Source of the DNA: an uncultured Bacteroidota bacterium
GTDB taxonomy: Bacteria; Bacteroidota; Ignavibacteria; Kryptoniales; JAKASW01
Assembly: GCA_963790995.1 (NCBI GenBank)
Contig: CAWBQQ010000002.1
Span: 94,547 to 158,546, forward strand
Length of the DNA: 64,000 nt
Direction: 5' to 3'
Notes under the pieces: model-generated
Databases searched by the model: none
What the model saw: only the letters and a program-made list of their open reading frames with translations
Told to the model about the DNA's origin: nothing
Program-made: the position numbers and the translations under genes
Shown here: in pieces, positions 38,013 through 49,160 of the stretch
How positions within the stretch are numbered: position 1 is the stretch's first letter
Layout: every line of letters begins with the position of its first letter

Positions 38013-39359
38013 TCATCCAGCGCCAACCATCTTTTGCCCTTCTCTTTTTGCAAACCATTTAAAATACACGAATATTCCCGCCGCCATCCAGGCGATGCCG
38101 AGCGAAATTGCGCCAATCCCGGAGCTAGCGAAAATGTATGAGAAGCCGATAAAAGCGATGATCGACGGAATAGGATAGAGCCACATTTTGAACGGCCTTT
38201 TCATATTTGGGCGGTCCTTTCGAAGAAGGGTAAGTCCTACGATTTGCCCGATAAACTGTATTAATATCCTGCTCGAAAGTGAAACGGCGATTATGAAATC
38301 GAGGTCGAATAGGCTTACCACGCACGTCATGAGGCCGATCGTCAGGAGAGAAAAATGCGGAAAGTGCTTTGTCGGGTGGACTTCTCCAAGCCATTTGAAA
38401 AAGAATCCGTCTCGTGCTGCGGCGAATGGAAGCCTGGAGTAGCTCATCATCAAGGAATACGTGGAAGCATAAGCGGTAATGATCACGAGAACAGTAAGAA
38501 CCGCGGCCGCTCCATGGCCCACCGTGCGCTCAAACATATCCGAGGCAACATGCGTCGATGCGGCAATGTCCTGCCACTTCATTGTCCCGAGTATTGAAAT
38601 GTTCATGACAAAGTAGATCAGCGTCACGCCCACGACGGAAAAAAGTATAGCCCTCGGGAACACATATTCCGGACGCTTCACTTCTTCCTCTACGTAACAG
38701 ATGTTGTAATATCCCATGAGATCGTACATTGCGATAAGTGTCGCCGAACCGAGGCCGGCGGCGAATCCCCACGAGAAGCCGAACCAGCCGTGCGAAAAAG
38801 TGAAGGCGTTGCGGGCATTGAAATGCGTCATGCCGACGATAATCGTCAGCGAAACCGTAATTAGCATGACGACCCAGAGAGCGACCGTAACCGCTCCCAC
38901 AAACCTGACACGATTATAATGCAGCGCGATCGTTACTACGCCGACCATGAAAGCAAGTATCCTTATGGTTGTTTCGTTCAATAGCGGCCAGATGAAAGAT
39001 GCATACTGCACCATCCCGACGAACCCGGATGCGATCTCAAGAGGCCCGCTTAAGAGAAACGTCCAGATGAAAAGGAACGCGATGAGTTTTCCGAAGTACC
39101 TTGCGTACGCCTCGCGCAGGTAAACATAGGAGCCGCCCTCACCCGGAAGCGACGTGCTCAGCTCCGCCCAGACCTGGCCGTCGGATATCGCAATTACAGC
39201 TCCCGCCGCCCATCCTATCATGGCCTGAGGCCCTCCCATTGCACTTACTATAAGCGGTATCGTGATGAACGGCCCGATCCCTACCATCGTCGCCATATTG
39301 TTGGCGGTGGCCTCCAATAAGCCGAGGCTTCTGTCTAAACGACCCTTTGTTCCTTCCAT
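38013..39359 (-). CDS. APC-superfamily amino acid permease
   Basis: This is a 448-aa ORF with about 12 TM segments and the N-terminal GIGPFITIP-type motif. Confidence 0.7.
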   Translation of the reverse strand: MEGTKGRLDRSLGLLEATANNMATMVGIGPFITIPLIVSAMGGPQAMIGWAAGAVIAISDGQVWAELSTSLPGEGGSYVYLREAYARYFGKLIAFLFIWTFLLSGPLEIASGFVGMVQYASFIWPLLNETTIRILAFMVGVVTIALHYNRVRFVGAVTVALWVVMLITVSLTIIVGMTHFNARNAFTFSHGWFGFSWGFAAGLGSATLIAMYDLMGYYNICYVEEEVKRPEYVFPRAILFSVVGVTLIYFVMNISILGTMKWQDIAASTHVASDMFERTVGHGAAAVLTVLVIITAYASTYSLMMSYSRLPFAAARDGFFFKWLGEVHPTKHFPHFSLLTIGLMTCVVSLFDLDFIIAVSLSSRILIQFIGQIVGLTLLRKDRPNMKRPFKMWLYPIPSIIAFIGFSYIFASSGIGAISLGIAWMAAGIFVYFKWFAKREGQKMVGAG

Positions 39360-39374
39360 CCCGGCAAACGTCGA

Positions 39375-41996
39375 TTACTCAGTTGTCATCGGAGAAACAT
39401 TCCATCCGGAGACCTTGAGCCCGGCAGTTCCACCATTCAATTCGTAGGCGTGGAAATAGCCCTCAATCTTCCTCGACTGGCCCGGCAGGATGCTTATGTA
39501 GTTATCGTTCCAGAATACCGGCGATATTGACTCCGCGGATCTTTCGTTGACAACCGAGAGGTGAACCATGAAAGCTAAATAAGGCGAAGTGTTTTTCAAA
39601 TCGGCAGTCACATGGATGTCGTCCCCAATTCTCTTAAACCGCGCCTTTACATTCACTCTCGTCTCATGTAAGTGATTCAACTCAGTCAGATCGGCATATT
39701 GCGATTCGGGCGTTATGTACCATGTTGACTTAGACCAATCGAGGACATCAGGGACTGTCGAAAGCGCATAAAAATTGGAGCTGATCAGCTTGCCACGTCG
39801 ATATAATCGCAAATCAAGAAAATGCACCCCCGCCGGCAATTCGATGCGGGGTATTTTCCCAACAACCATGGAAGTATTCGGAGAAATGCCGGCGTCCTTT
39901 TCAAATTGGAAGTGCTTCTTCATTTGAAAATCATATAATCCGGCTTCTGCTCTAAGCTCGTCTTTTTCCTTCAGGGTCGAGTTAACGATGTACACGTTGC
40001 TATCGGCAGGGTCGTACTCGACATGTAGCGGCTCACAAGCTTTTTGTGCACCATAGAATGCGGCCGTCGGCTGCAGGTAATAATCGAAAAGCTGCCACCA
40101 TAACTTCGGCCACGCGGCGTTGTACATCCATTGTATCACGCCTGTCGCTTTGAATTTCATAGCGCCAAACGCCTCGAACATTGCCCGCAAGCCTTCATAG
40201 TTCGTGTACTGTGCTTTTCTTTCGTAGTCCCGCAAACTCCGGGGTATTCCCAGTCGATTGTCGATTGCCTGATTATACCTGGTGAGATTCGGGAAGCTGC
40301 CGCGCGGACAATGAAATATCCATTCGCCGTTGATCGGCCACAAAGAATCGGGTGACAGCATCCTGTCGAGAGACTGCTCGATTGGAATTTCGGGGCCGGG
40401 ACCGGTCTCGGTATTGAATCCGAAAGCACCTCCGTTCAACGTGTCCGCGAACCAGTAAACGGGTGGGACGTAGTCGTAAGGGCCCCTCATTTTCACTCCG
40501 GTCTTGCCCGTCAGCACGCTTGTATGTTCTGCGGCAGACCCTAATGCAGGTCGAGTCGTATCGTACTTAGCAAGTATTCCCAAATACTTCTCCTCAAGCT
40601 CCGGGCGCGGAAGCTTGTCGCTGCCGTATAACCATGCAAAGATGCTCGGATGGTTTCTCAGCCACTTCACCTGATCCTGAAACGATGCCGCCACCGCATC
40701 CATGTCTTTATTTGATTTGACCGCACCGAAATCGTCGGCTTCTTTCCCTGCATATTCCGGCCACTCCCACTGTGCACTCCAGCCGGCCATGATGAGGATT
40801 CCCTTCTCATCGCAGAGATTATAAATATCGCTCCCTTCGCCCCAAAAACCTTCCATCCTTAACGTGTTCAAATGCATATTGATCGCGTAATCGACCTGCG
40901 TCTTCAGGTTATTCTCATTCTGATCTAGGAAAATCCGGTCTGTCCAGCCGCCGCCCCGAAGAAGAATTTTCCTGCCGTTGAGCTTGAAACCTCTATAGCC
41001 TTGCGGCGTCATGTAGCTATCTATTCGTCTGATTCCAAACCTTAAGCTGACCGAATCGCTTACCGTATTACCGGTAACAAATTCAAGATGTAAAGAGTAC
41101 AAATTGGGTTTGCCATATTCGTAAGTCCACCAAAGCCGGGGATTCTTTATAACGAGCTGATTAAAATCTGCTGGCATGAACGTCACTATTTTCTTCTCCC
41201 CCGGAGACAGCGTAACCAGCTGAGAAACCATGAGTTGTCTAATTGTTCCGGTAATAGTTCCAGTAATTTTTCTGTGTGTCATGTTTGTTACTTCAGCCGA
41301 GACGGTAAGTTTCGCTCTACTCAAGGATGGCGTATCAACGTCCGTCGCAACGAATGGGAAACCTAACGAGACGTCTCCCGTAATATGCAACTCGACCGGA
41401 CGCCAGAGTCCCATATCATGATCAGGCGGAGTGGGATTCCAGTCAACAAATCCAACCGTAAAATCTCCCGGTTCCGGTCTCGAGACTTCCACTGCAAGAA
41501 CGTTTTCTCTGCCGAACGCCGCATATTTAGTCGCATCGAACGCAAACTGCCTGAACCCTCCGAAGATAGAATCTCCGTTTGCAATAAGTTGACCGTTGAG
41601 CCAGATGTCCGCTTTATAGTTGATGCCGAGGAACTTCAGAACCACATGATCGGAGGTCTTTGAACGCGCGGGAAGCACAAAAGTTGTTCTGTACCACCAT
41701 GGCTTCTCAAACAGCGAGTCGGGAATGCGTGCAAGATTTTCTCCACGCAACGGATCCTTGCAAATGCCGTCGGCTATGAGGTCACCCAGTATGGTTGAAG
41801 GCACCCGGGCTGCGTACCATCCTTTCGGGACGTAAAAAGACGAGGAGACTTCACTTCCCCCGGCGTTGACGACTGCGGACGACTGAATTTGCCAGTGGTT
41901 TGTCGGAACACTTTCTCTGCCGGACGCCGATGCGCCCGGTGGGTTTACACCAAGAAGTGAGACGGCAATGGAGAAAAAAAAGAAATGAGATTTCAT
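39375..41996 (-). CDS. Glycoside hydrolase family 2 enzyme (exo-beta-D-glucosaminidase/beta-mannosidase-like), secreted
   Basis: A signal peptide (MKSHFFFFSIAVSLLG) starts at the ATG at 41996. The protein has a sugar-binding N-domain and then HLNTLRMEGFWGE and ILIMAGW segments, as in GH2 CsxA-type enzymes. The ORF-track start at 42149 adds 51 unlikely residues. Confidence 0.7.
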   Translation of the reverse strand: MKSHFFFFSIAVSLLGVNPPGASASGRESVPTNHWQIQSSAVVNAGGSEVSSSFYVPKGWYAARVPSTILGDLIADGICKDPLRGENLARIPDSLFEKPWWYRTTFVLPARSKTSDHVVLKFLGINYKADIWLNGQLIANGDSIFGGFRQFAFDATKYAAFGRENVLAVEVSRPEPGDFTVGFVDWNPTPPDHDMGLWRPVELHITGDVSLGFPFVATDVDTPSLSRAKLTVSAEVTNMTHRKITGTITGTIRQLMVSQLVTLSPGEKKIVTFMPADFNQLVIKNPRLWWTYEYGKPNLYSLHLEFVTGNTVSDSVSLRFGIRRIDSYMTPQGYRGFKLNGRKILLRGGGWTDRIFLDQNENNLKTQVDYAINMHLNTLRMEGFWGEGSDIYNLCDEKGILIMAGWSAQWEWPEYAGKEADDFGAVKSNKDMDAVAASFQDQVKWLRNHPSIFAWLYGSDKLPRPELEEKYLGILAKYDTTRPALGSAAEHTSVLTGKTGVKMRGPYDYVPPVYWFADTLNGGAFGFNTETGPGPEIPIEQSLDRMLSPDSLWPINGEWIFHCPRGSFPNLTRYNQAIDNRLGIPRSLRDYERKAQYTNYEGLRAMFEAFGAMKFKATGVIQWMYNAAWPKLWWQLFDYYLQPTAAFYGAQKACEPLHVEYDPADSNVYIVNSTLKEKDELRAEAGLYDFQMKKHFQFEKDAGISPNTSMVVGKIPRIELPAGVHFLDLRLYRRGKLISSNFYALSTVPDVLDWSKSTWYITPESQYADLTELNHLHETRVNVKARFKRIGDDIHVTADLKNTSPYLAFMVHLSVVNERSAESISPVFWNDNYISILPGQSRKIEGYFHAYELNGGTAGLKVSGWNVSPMTTE

Positions 41997-43125
41997 TCCG
42001 ATAGAATACTTTCGATCAACATGAATATAATTGCCGAATGCACTCAATGCAATATGAACCCAAAATAAGAATGAGCTGTTCATGGTTTCTATATTTGAGT
42101 TGATATAATAAGGAACACAGCAGTGACCCTCTCTATACCACCTGGTCACCGGGTTTTAATTCGTTTTTGATTCAAAATTTATGTCGTCAGGAGTACAGAT
42201 TCTGTTTGGCAAACTAAAAAAACAGGACACCGTGAAGAGAATAATCTTACTCGTATTCCTGCCGTCATTGATAGTATTCGTCTGCGTCTATTCTCACTAT
42301 GCTCCGAGACGGGGTAATAAGGAGATAAAAATAGAGGTGAAGACAAAGAAGCACGAAAATAGAAAGTCGGTGATACAATGAGAGAAGTGTACGTCGGCAA
42401 AATAAAGTGGTAGTCATAGTGAGCAGGGAACCCAATCGCGAAAAGACGGACGCGCAGCCGCCCTGCCGCTAAGACACTTTTGATAATCGCACATCATGTG
42501 AAGAGTCTGATACCAGGGGACAGTTTTTAATTAATCATCAAGTTGCCGGTGAAATTAAATAGGAAGAGCCTGCCATATTGCTTGACTTCATAAGTGCCGG
42601 GCGCGGAGGATGTTTTTGATTTCGGGAGATGAATTCCTGCTATATCTCGCGGTCAATTATTCCCCGCGCACATATTTCGAGGTATGCGTATTCATCTACT
42701 CTCCATATTATTTGTCCCGCCGGTTGCTGCCATGGTAGAGCACCCTGGAGCGCTCCCGGAGGCGGAGCGCGTGGGACGATCCGATGCCGGGGTCCTGCAT
42801 GTTCCACAGGGCATGGTGTGTGCGGGAGTTTGTCGCGCTCGGAACTATCTAGCGTTACCGATGTTTATACCTGTAAACGAAGAGGTCAGAATTCTATGGC
42901 ATGGCGTAATGTTGTTGAAGTGTTTACTTTAGTTTTGTCAGTCTTTATTGGGGACGAATGCGCCGAGGCCCAAACTGCTGTACCTGTAAACAGTCATGGC
43001 TTTGTGTACGCGGCGACTCCTTTGGCAGCAAGTTCTGGGGGCTATGCGCAATCTTTGTTAACGAAAACTATACCCGACGAGCCCGATCCCATTAGGACGG
43101 GATCTTCGGCGGGGATGACGTAGGT

Positions 43126-43878
43126 ATGGCGGTCTTCAGTGGTTTCGGCGACAATATCTTGCATAGCTTTACAGGCATAAACTTCCTTTATCAATCTGCG
43201 GCAGTTGCCGTCACCCCCATTCTAGTCGGCAACAACGTTGATTACCATGTGGAGCGTTTTTTCAACGCGCATCCAGGGTACGGCGAGATCGCGACTCCCG
43301 TGCCGTTCACCGGACAGGCACTCCCTTTTATCGTTGGGGGATCGCTATTGGCTTATTCCTATCTCAAACACAACGATGAAACACTCGGCGCATCCTTCGC
43401 TGTCATCCAGGCGAGCCTCATCGAGCTTCTCGACAATACGACGCTAAAGGCAATCACGGGAAGGCCGGGTCCTAGCTGGAGGAAGGTATCCAATATGGAA
43501 GATCTCAGCGAAGAGTTCAGGTTCGGCTTTTTAAGAGGCGGAGTTTATAACGGGTGGCCCTCCGGCCACACGGGTGCAACCATGGCAGTAGTGTCCGCTC
43601 TCACAAATTATTATCCCGAAAATACATGGCTCAAGATAACGGGCTACAGCCTGGTCCTTTACACAATGTACGGAGTCACATCGGTCAATAGGGGCGGCAT
43701 GCACTGGTTTTCGGACGCAGTGAGCGGCGCCCTGATGGGATATGCCATCGGCTCTACCGTCGGAAAGTTTTATCGGAATCTTTATTCCTCATTGAGCGGA
43801 ACGGTGACCGACGAAAACGAAACCAGCCTGTCATTCGGAATCACGTCAGGCGGATTAGGTTTCACTTACAGCTTTTAA
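43126..43878 (+). CDS. PAP2-superfamily phosphatase
   Basis: The sequences KAITGRPGP, PSGHTGATMAV and HWFSDAVSGALMGYAIG are PAP2 motifs 1-3. There is no signal peptide in this ORF. See the finding on the upstream signal-peptide ORF at 42896-43123. Confidence 0.7.
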   Translation: MAVFSGFGDNILHSFTGINFLYQSAAVAVTPILVGNNVDYHVERFFNAHPGYGEIATPVPFTGQALPFIVGGSLLAYSYLKHNDETLGASFAVIQASLIELLDNTTLKAITGRPGPSWRKVSNMEDLSEEFRFGFLRGGVYNGWPSGHTGATMAVVSALTNYYPENTWLKITGYSLVLYTMYGVTSVNRGGMHWFSDAVSGALMGYAIGSTVGKFYRNLYSSLSGTVTDENETSLSFGITSGGLGFTYSF

Positions 43879-44178
43879 TCGTGGCAACTGTGCGACCGTG
43901 TAAACTCCGGCTATCGCCATGGGATAAAAACCCCAATCCACAAGACCCTGCCTGCCCTTGCAAATACCGGGATAGCCTCACGAAAGCTCTGCTTCATATA
44001 TACCTGCCTTCTCGCAAATCTTTCGGTGTGTTGATAGACTCAGTCGTAACCCTTAGATTAGTTGTCAGAGCGTCCAAAACTTGTGTCACACATATGTTAA
44101 GCAGGGCTGATATGCGCAATCCGGCTGGCCATGAAGGATGCGTGGAATCGCGTGGTTAAGCCAAAAGGAGAAGTAAAG

Positions 44179-44535
44179 ATGGAATTTGAGGAAATGAATG
44201 CCATAATAGAGTCGGCTGATTTTATGATGGACAAGCTTGGACATTTGACGGCCTGGATCAATCTCAGATGTGATGGCGGCATTCATAAATTCGGCGGATA
44301 TGCTCTCTACCTGCCAAAATCTTTTAAGCACCACAAAATGGATTATGGATATGCCGGTCATTTTATTTGGAGAGTAATGGAAATTGCAGGGGTAACGGAG
44401 TGGAGCCAGCTTAAGGGGAAATGCCTTCGCGTTCGCACAAAAAACCAGCATGTTCATGCAATCGCTCACACCATGGAGGATGACTGGTTCTTTCCCGGTC
44501 ATGATTTTCAGCCGAAGAATAAAGACGGGAAATAG
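44179..44535 (+). CDS. Hypothetical protein
   Basis: The ATG at 44179 is preceded by AAAGGAG (44164-44170). The product is 118 aa (MEFEEMNAIIESADFMMDKLGHLTAWINLRCDGG). I do not recognise a family. Confidence 0.45.
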   Translation: MEFEEMNAIIESADFMMDKLGHLTAWINLRCDGGIHKFGGYALYLPKSFKHHKMDYGYAGHFIWRVMEIAGVTEWSQLKGKCLRVRTKNQHVHAIAHTMEDDWFFPGHDFQPKNKDGK

Positions 44536-44760
44536 AGTAAGGAAGCTAAAGACGAAAATTCTCATCTTAGAGCCAAATCTTAGCATTAACTAAACATTTC
44601 AGTAAAGTGTCATGCGTATATTGAGTTGTGAATGCTACGAGCCGATCCTGCTAACGTCGGAACACAATGTCCAGCTGAGAGAATTGGCAGCAATTGCGCA
44701 GTTATGCGGGTTGAGAGATTTGCTTGAATATTTCGTTCCGTAGCTGTACTATGCCCACTT

Positions 44761-45786
44761 TTGAAACAGGAGACACTAAGGATGGATGGTGATGTTTGCG
44801 GGCTCTTAAATGGAAAAGGGACTGTCCTCTCTTCCGTGTTCATCTTCTCAATGACGCTTTTTGTGGGACAGCTCCACGCACAGCAGACTGATACGGCTCT
44901 GGCACTCAGAGACACTTCCGTCAATGCCATGGGTGGTACCACATCGCAAACGTCGTATTCCATCGAGAGCGTGCCGGACACCATATCTGAACATGAGGAA
45001 GTCTACATGCCGAAATGGGATAGCATGTTAGCAAACCTGCCGACCGACTGCATGAGATTCACAACCGAGTCGTTTCAAACGAAGAATATCCCGTTGACGA
45101 TCGGCATCGCGGGTTTGACAGCAGGACTCATGGTAGCCGATAACCGCTTGTGGCAAGACGAAAGAGGATTATACGACCGGTCGTTGACATTTCGCGAATT
45201 CAGCAACGATATGGTTTGGGTGGGAGACGGAAGGGTTCAGTTTGGAGTTGTGGGGCTCTTTGCCGCCTACGGATTCGTATTCAACAATGATCGTGCATTG
45301 CGAACGGCAAGTCAAACCACCGAGGCGATTCTTGCCTGCGGTGCGGTTGTGCAGTTACTCAAACACGTCTCCGGAAGAGAGCAGCCTGACGTGGCCTCGG
45401 AGACCGGCGGAGATTGGACATTCTTCCCGAGTCAGATTTCTTATTTGAAGCACGTCCCTCATTATGACGCCTTCCCATCCGGGCACATCGCAACCACGGC
45501 AACTACGCTGGTGGTGATTGCTGAAAACTATCCGGAGCTCACGTGGTTTAGGCCCGCCTCGTATGTTTTGATCGGTGCGGTATCGTCGAGCCTCGTAGCG
45601 TATGGGATACATTGGTGGAGTGACATCCCGCTCGGAATTGTATTGGGCTATGCATTCGGCGAAATTGCATCACATCCCTTTGCAGTGGACCTCAACTCAA
45701 AATCCGTCAGCGGCTCGCCAAGCCTTTCGTTTGAGCCGGTAATGCTGCAAGGCGGAGTCGGCGTCGGAGTGGGTTTGTCATTTTAG
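44761..45786 (+). CDS. PAP2-superfamily phosphatase (paralog), secreted
   Basis: The sequences KHVSGREQP, PSGHIATTATT and HWWSDIPLGIVLGYAFG are PAP2 motifs. The N-terminus is hydrophobic (VLSSVFIFSMTLFVGQLHAQ). The start could be the downstream ATG at 44782. Confidence 0.7.
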   Translation: MKQETLRMDGDVCGLLNGKGTVLSSVFIFSMTLFVGQLHAQQTDTALALRDTSVNAMGGTTSQTSYSIESVPDTISEHEEVYMPKWDSMLANLPTDCMRFTTESFQTKNIPLTIGIAGLTAGLMVADNRLWQDERGLYDRSLTFREFSNDMVWVGDGRVQFGVVGLFAAYGFVFNNDRALRTASQTTEAILACGAVVQLLKHVSGREQPDVASETGGDWTFFPSQISYLKHVPHYDAFPSGHIATTATTLVVIAENYPELTWFRPASYVLIGAVSSSLVAYGIHWWSDIPLGIVLGYAFGEIASHPFAVDLNSKSVSGSPSLSFEPVMLQGGVGVGVGLSF

Positions 45787-45987
45787 AAGTTGTCCGACCG
45801 CCTCTCAATCTCAAGCTATGATTCATTTCTCTCTCTCCTGAAACCTGTCCTCACGAAAGGGGGGAATCGCAATCCATGTTGGTGAGTTAATAGATTACTG
45901 ATGCCGTGATACGTCATGCCTTCGCACCTCAACCGTGGTTCGCCCGTGGAATGCCGGGGCGACAATTATATTTGCTGCGATTTATGT

Positions 45988-48213
45988 CTACTTCAACAGC
46001 AAAAGTTTCCTCGTAGCTGTGTATGCCATGGTCCCTTGACCGGGATTTTCGACTTGCAGGCGGCAGAAATAAACACCGCTTGCGAAGTTGTTCGCCTTGA
46101 ACGTAACCAGATGACTCCCGGCGGTCTGGCGCTCATCGACCAATGTCTCCACTTCCCTTCCGAGCACATCGTAAATCTTAAGTGAAACAAAACTGTCTAT
46201 CGGCAATTGATAACTGATCGTTGTGGTTGGGTTAAAGGGGTTGGGATAGTTCTGATTCAAAGAGAAGGATCCCGGCTGCTCAACTGCCGTTACTCTCACG
46301 CCCACCGTTGTTTGCACGCTCCGAAACACTCCGCCGCCGTAGGTACCGGCATATATTATTCCGATAGAATCGAACGCGAGAGAATACACATTGGCATTTA
46401 CCAGTCCGGAATTCACGGCAATCCATGTTCCACCGCCATCCGTTGACCTATAAGCTCCTCCACCGTCGGTCCCGGCAAAAATGTTACCCTTTGAATTAAT
46501 AACTATGGAACGGACATCGCTCATCGTATCCAGCTTCGACCAGTATTCCCCATTGTCCGTTGAGCGGTAGATTCCGTCCGCCGCACCGGCCAAAATATCT
46601 CCATCGGAGCGCACGGCGAGAGAATAAACCGCTAAAGATGACAGCCCGCTATCCACCGTGGTCCATGTAAGTCCGTTGTCGGTGGAACGGCTGATCATCC
46701 CGCCGCCCGTCGCATTGATATATCCGCTTGCGGCAAAGATATCTCCACTGGAATTGAAGACCATGGAGTTGACAGAGCTGTTGGACAGCCCGATATTTGT
46801 TTCAGCCCAGCTGCCGCCCTTGTCGGTTGAACGAAAGACATCCCCCGCGCCTGCGAAGACATCACCGTTCGGCCCGACAACCAGCGACGAAATGGTGTTA
46901 TTGGGCAATCCTGACTGGCCCCAGCTTTTGCCGGTGTCGGTTGAGAGGTAAACGCCTCCCGTAAAGACCCCTAGAAATTCTGCTGTACCCGCATAAATAT
47001 CCCCGCTGGAATCCATGGCGAGCGCCTGAACATAAGTACTGGTCAGTCCTGTATCTACAACGTTCCATGTTGTTCCTTGATCGGTAGAAAGAAAAGCGCC
47101 TCCTATGTTGCTTCCAAAGACATTATACCCGACCGTTCCGGCAAGGATGTCCCCGTTTGAGATTATTAAAAGAGAGTTCACGTAAGTTGACGGGACGCCG
47201 ACTCGCACCCATGTTCCACCATCGTTCGTTGACCGGTAAATTCCGCTCGTTATCAAGATGTTACCGGTGCCGACAAAAACGTTTGATCCGGAAACGGCAA
47301 GCGAGTAGACGGATGTATTTGCCAGCCCTGAATCTACGGCGCTCCAGCTTGTTCCGTTATTGGTCGAACGAAAAACTCCGCCGCCCCAAGTGCCGGCGAA
47401 AACGTTTGAGCCTGAAGAGCCAACGGAACTGACGTCCGTGTTCGTCAGACCGGCGTTGACCAACGTCCAGCTCGAACCGTTATTTGTGGAGAGAAAAATG
47501 CCGCCGTAAGTAGCTGCGAAGAGATTCATCCCGCCTGTCCCGTTGAGCGAAACATCAAGACTCTGGACGTTCATGTTTGCCAGTCCCGTATCCTTAGCAG
47601 TCCAGCTCGAACCCCCGTTAGTAGAAAGGAACACGCCGCCCGGCGAACTACTATAAGCTCCTGTCCCCGCGAAAATGCGACCGTTTGAACCGACGACTAA
47701 GCAAGTAACGTAAGGACTCGTCAGACCGGTGTTAACACTACCCCAGCTTCCACCGCTGTCCGTAGAGCGCAGCACACCGGTGCCATTCGTCCCTGCTAAG
47801 ATATCTCCGCTCGAGTCCACTGCAAGAGAACGAACGTCTGTGCCTGCCAATCCGACCTGTGTCCATGTTGCACCATTATCGGTCGAACGGAATACTCCCG
47901 AACTCGCGCTTCCGGCAAAGATAAGACTGCCGATTGGATCGAATGCGATTGCCTGGATGTCGACATCCGTGATGCCTGTATTCACCGGTGCCCAGTTGGT
48001 ACCGTTATCTGTGGAGCGAAACACTCCGCCGTCGTACGTTCCTGCGAAAATATATCCTGCCGGATTGACGGAAATGCAGTAAACGTCGCCTCCGTTTGGG
48101 CCATTGCACTGCTGCCAGAAGTTAGTCTGGGTGAATGCAGCTTCGCTGAAAACGCTGCACAGTATAATGGCTGCACCAGATACCAGCCGGGGCAAAATCT
48201 TGACAGTCCTCAT
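45988..48213 (-). CDS. BNR/Asp-box (Sortilin/Ycf48-like) beta-propeller repeat protein with a T9SS C-terminal sorting domain
   Basis: This is a 741-aa ORF with more than 15 repeats of the G(G)VFRSTDNG.(S/T)W type. It has a signal peptide and the C-terminal sequence FSLNQNYPNPFNPTTTISYQLP...GVYFCRLQ, typical of Por/T9SS CTDs. Confidence 0.8.
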   Translation of the reverse strand: MRTVKILPRLVSGAAIILCSVFSEAAFTQTNFWQQCNGPNGGDVYCISVNPAGYIFAGTYDGGVFRSTDNGTNWAPVNTGITDVDIQAIAFDPIGSLIFAGSASSGVFRSTDNGATWTQVGLAGTDVRSLAVDSSGDILAGTNGTGVLRSTDSGGSWGSVNTGLTSPYVTCLVVGSNGRIFAGTGAYSSSPGGVFLSTNGGSSWTAKDTGLANMNVQSLDVSLNGTGGMNLFAATYGGIFLSTNNGSSWTLVNAGLTNTDVSSVGSSGSNVFAGTWGGGVFRSTNNGTSWSAVDSGLANTSVYSLAVSGSNVFVGTGNILITSGIYRSTNDGGTWVRVGVPSTYVNSLLIISNGDILAGTVGYNVFGSNIGGAFLSTDQGTTWNVVDTGLTSTYVQALAMDSSGDIYAGTAEFLGVFTGGVYLSTDTGKSWGQSGLPNNTISSLVVGPNGDVFAGAGDVFRSTDKGGSWAETNIGLSNSSVNSMVFNSSGDIFAASGYINATGGGMISRSTDNGLTWTTVDSGLSSLAVYSLAVRSDGDILAGAADGIYRSTDNGEYWSKLDTMSDVRSIVINSKGNIFAGTDGGGAYRSTDGGGTWIAVNSGLVNANVYSLAFDSIGIIYAGTYGGGVFRSVQTTVGVRVTAVEQPGSFSLNQNYPNPFNPTTTISYQLPIDSFVSLKIYDVLGREVETLVDERQTAGSHLVTFKANNFASGVYFCRLQVENPGQGTMAYTATRKLLLLK

Positions 48214-48533
48214 GACGATTCTCCTTTCAGGTCAACCTACAAAATCCCTAACTATAACTTCGCGAACGTCGATTTTGTTCCGTCGAGATAGATCCACGGG
48301 ATATCTCCCGCTATTTGGGAAATGGCTTCAGGACATCCAATCTGTCGAAACCCTGTTTCCTCTGTTTGTCCTGTGAAAGCTGCCCTCACGAACGTATGCA
48401 TCGGTGACTTCGCTGCGCGATTTGGTCTGTACCCTCTTGACTATGACTCATGAGCTAAAGAGTGACGCGGAACAAGTTTCGGCAGCTCATTGTTGGATAG
48501 CTTAATCATAAACTATTAGGAAGGTAAACGATA

Positions 48534-48938
48534 ATGGCAGAATCAATAAAGATATCCGCGACCGTGCCGGCGTCCCCGAAAGAGGTTTACGATGCGTGGC
48601 TTAACGGGAAAGAACACTCCGCCTTCACCGGGGAAAAAGCCACAGGGAGCGCCAAAGTCGGGAGCAAGTTCACCGCCTTTGGCGATTACATAAAAGGCAA
48701 GAACATTGAGCTCGAGCCGCACAAACTGATTGTGCAGGCATGGCGAACGTCCGAGTTCCCCGCCGACGCCGAGGACTCTAAAGTGGAGCTGACCTTGAAG
48801 AAGATAAGGGGCGGTACAAAGTTGACCTTTGCTCAATCGAATATACCGGATGGACAGGGTTCGCGGTACCAAGATGGATGGAAGATGCATTACTTCAATC
48901 CAATGAAGAGGTACTTCAGAGAGCAAAGTAAGAAGTGA
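48534..48938 (+). CDS. SRPBCC-superfamily protein (Aha1/activator-of-Hsp90-ATPase-homolog-like)
   Basis: The 134-aa product contains ISATVPASPKEVYDAWLNGKEHSAFTG and QAWRTSEFP, the AHSA1-like pattern. Confidence 0.6.
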   Translation: MAESIKISATVPASPKEVYDAWLNGKEHSAFTGEKATGSAKVGSKFTAFGDYIKGKNIELEPHKLIVQAWRTSEFPADAEDSKVELTLKKIRGGTKLTFAQSNIPDGQGSRYQDGWKMHYFNPMKRYFREQSKK

Positions 48939-49160
48939 TGTCTTTTCGACTTCTCTTCCCATTTCCTGCAGAGTACTCAACGAAGATTCCATGGCACAAA
49001 AGGCTTAAAGCTACATTCGCAACCTTGCGAAGGCTTACCTGGCAAAATTTGAGAACATCCCTGCCTCGAACGACTTCTTTCTAATTAGGAAACCTAAGTA
49101 AGGTCACCCTGAATTCCTCAAATGAATCACTGCCCGCATTTTGCACCACGCTGACGCGAG

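Noticed and set aside
42720-42800. A tRNA-like GGTAGAGCA D-loop motif lies in the long intergenic region upstream of the PAP2 genes.
   Set aside because: I could not fold a cloverleaf around it. There is no complementary anticodon stem, no GTTCGAATC-type T-loop and no acceptor pairing.
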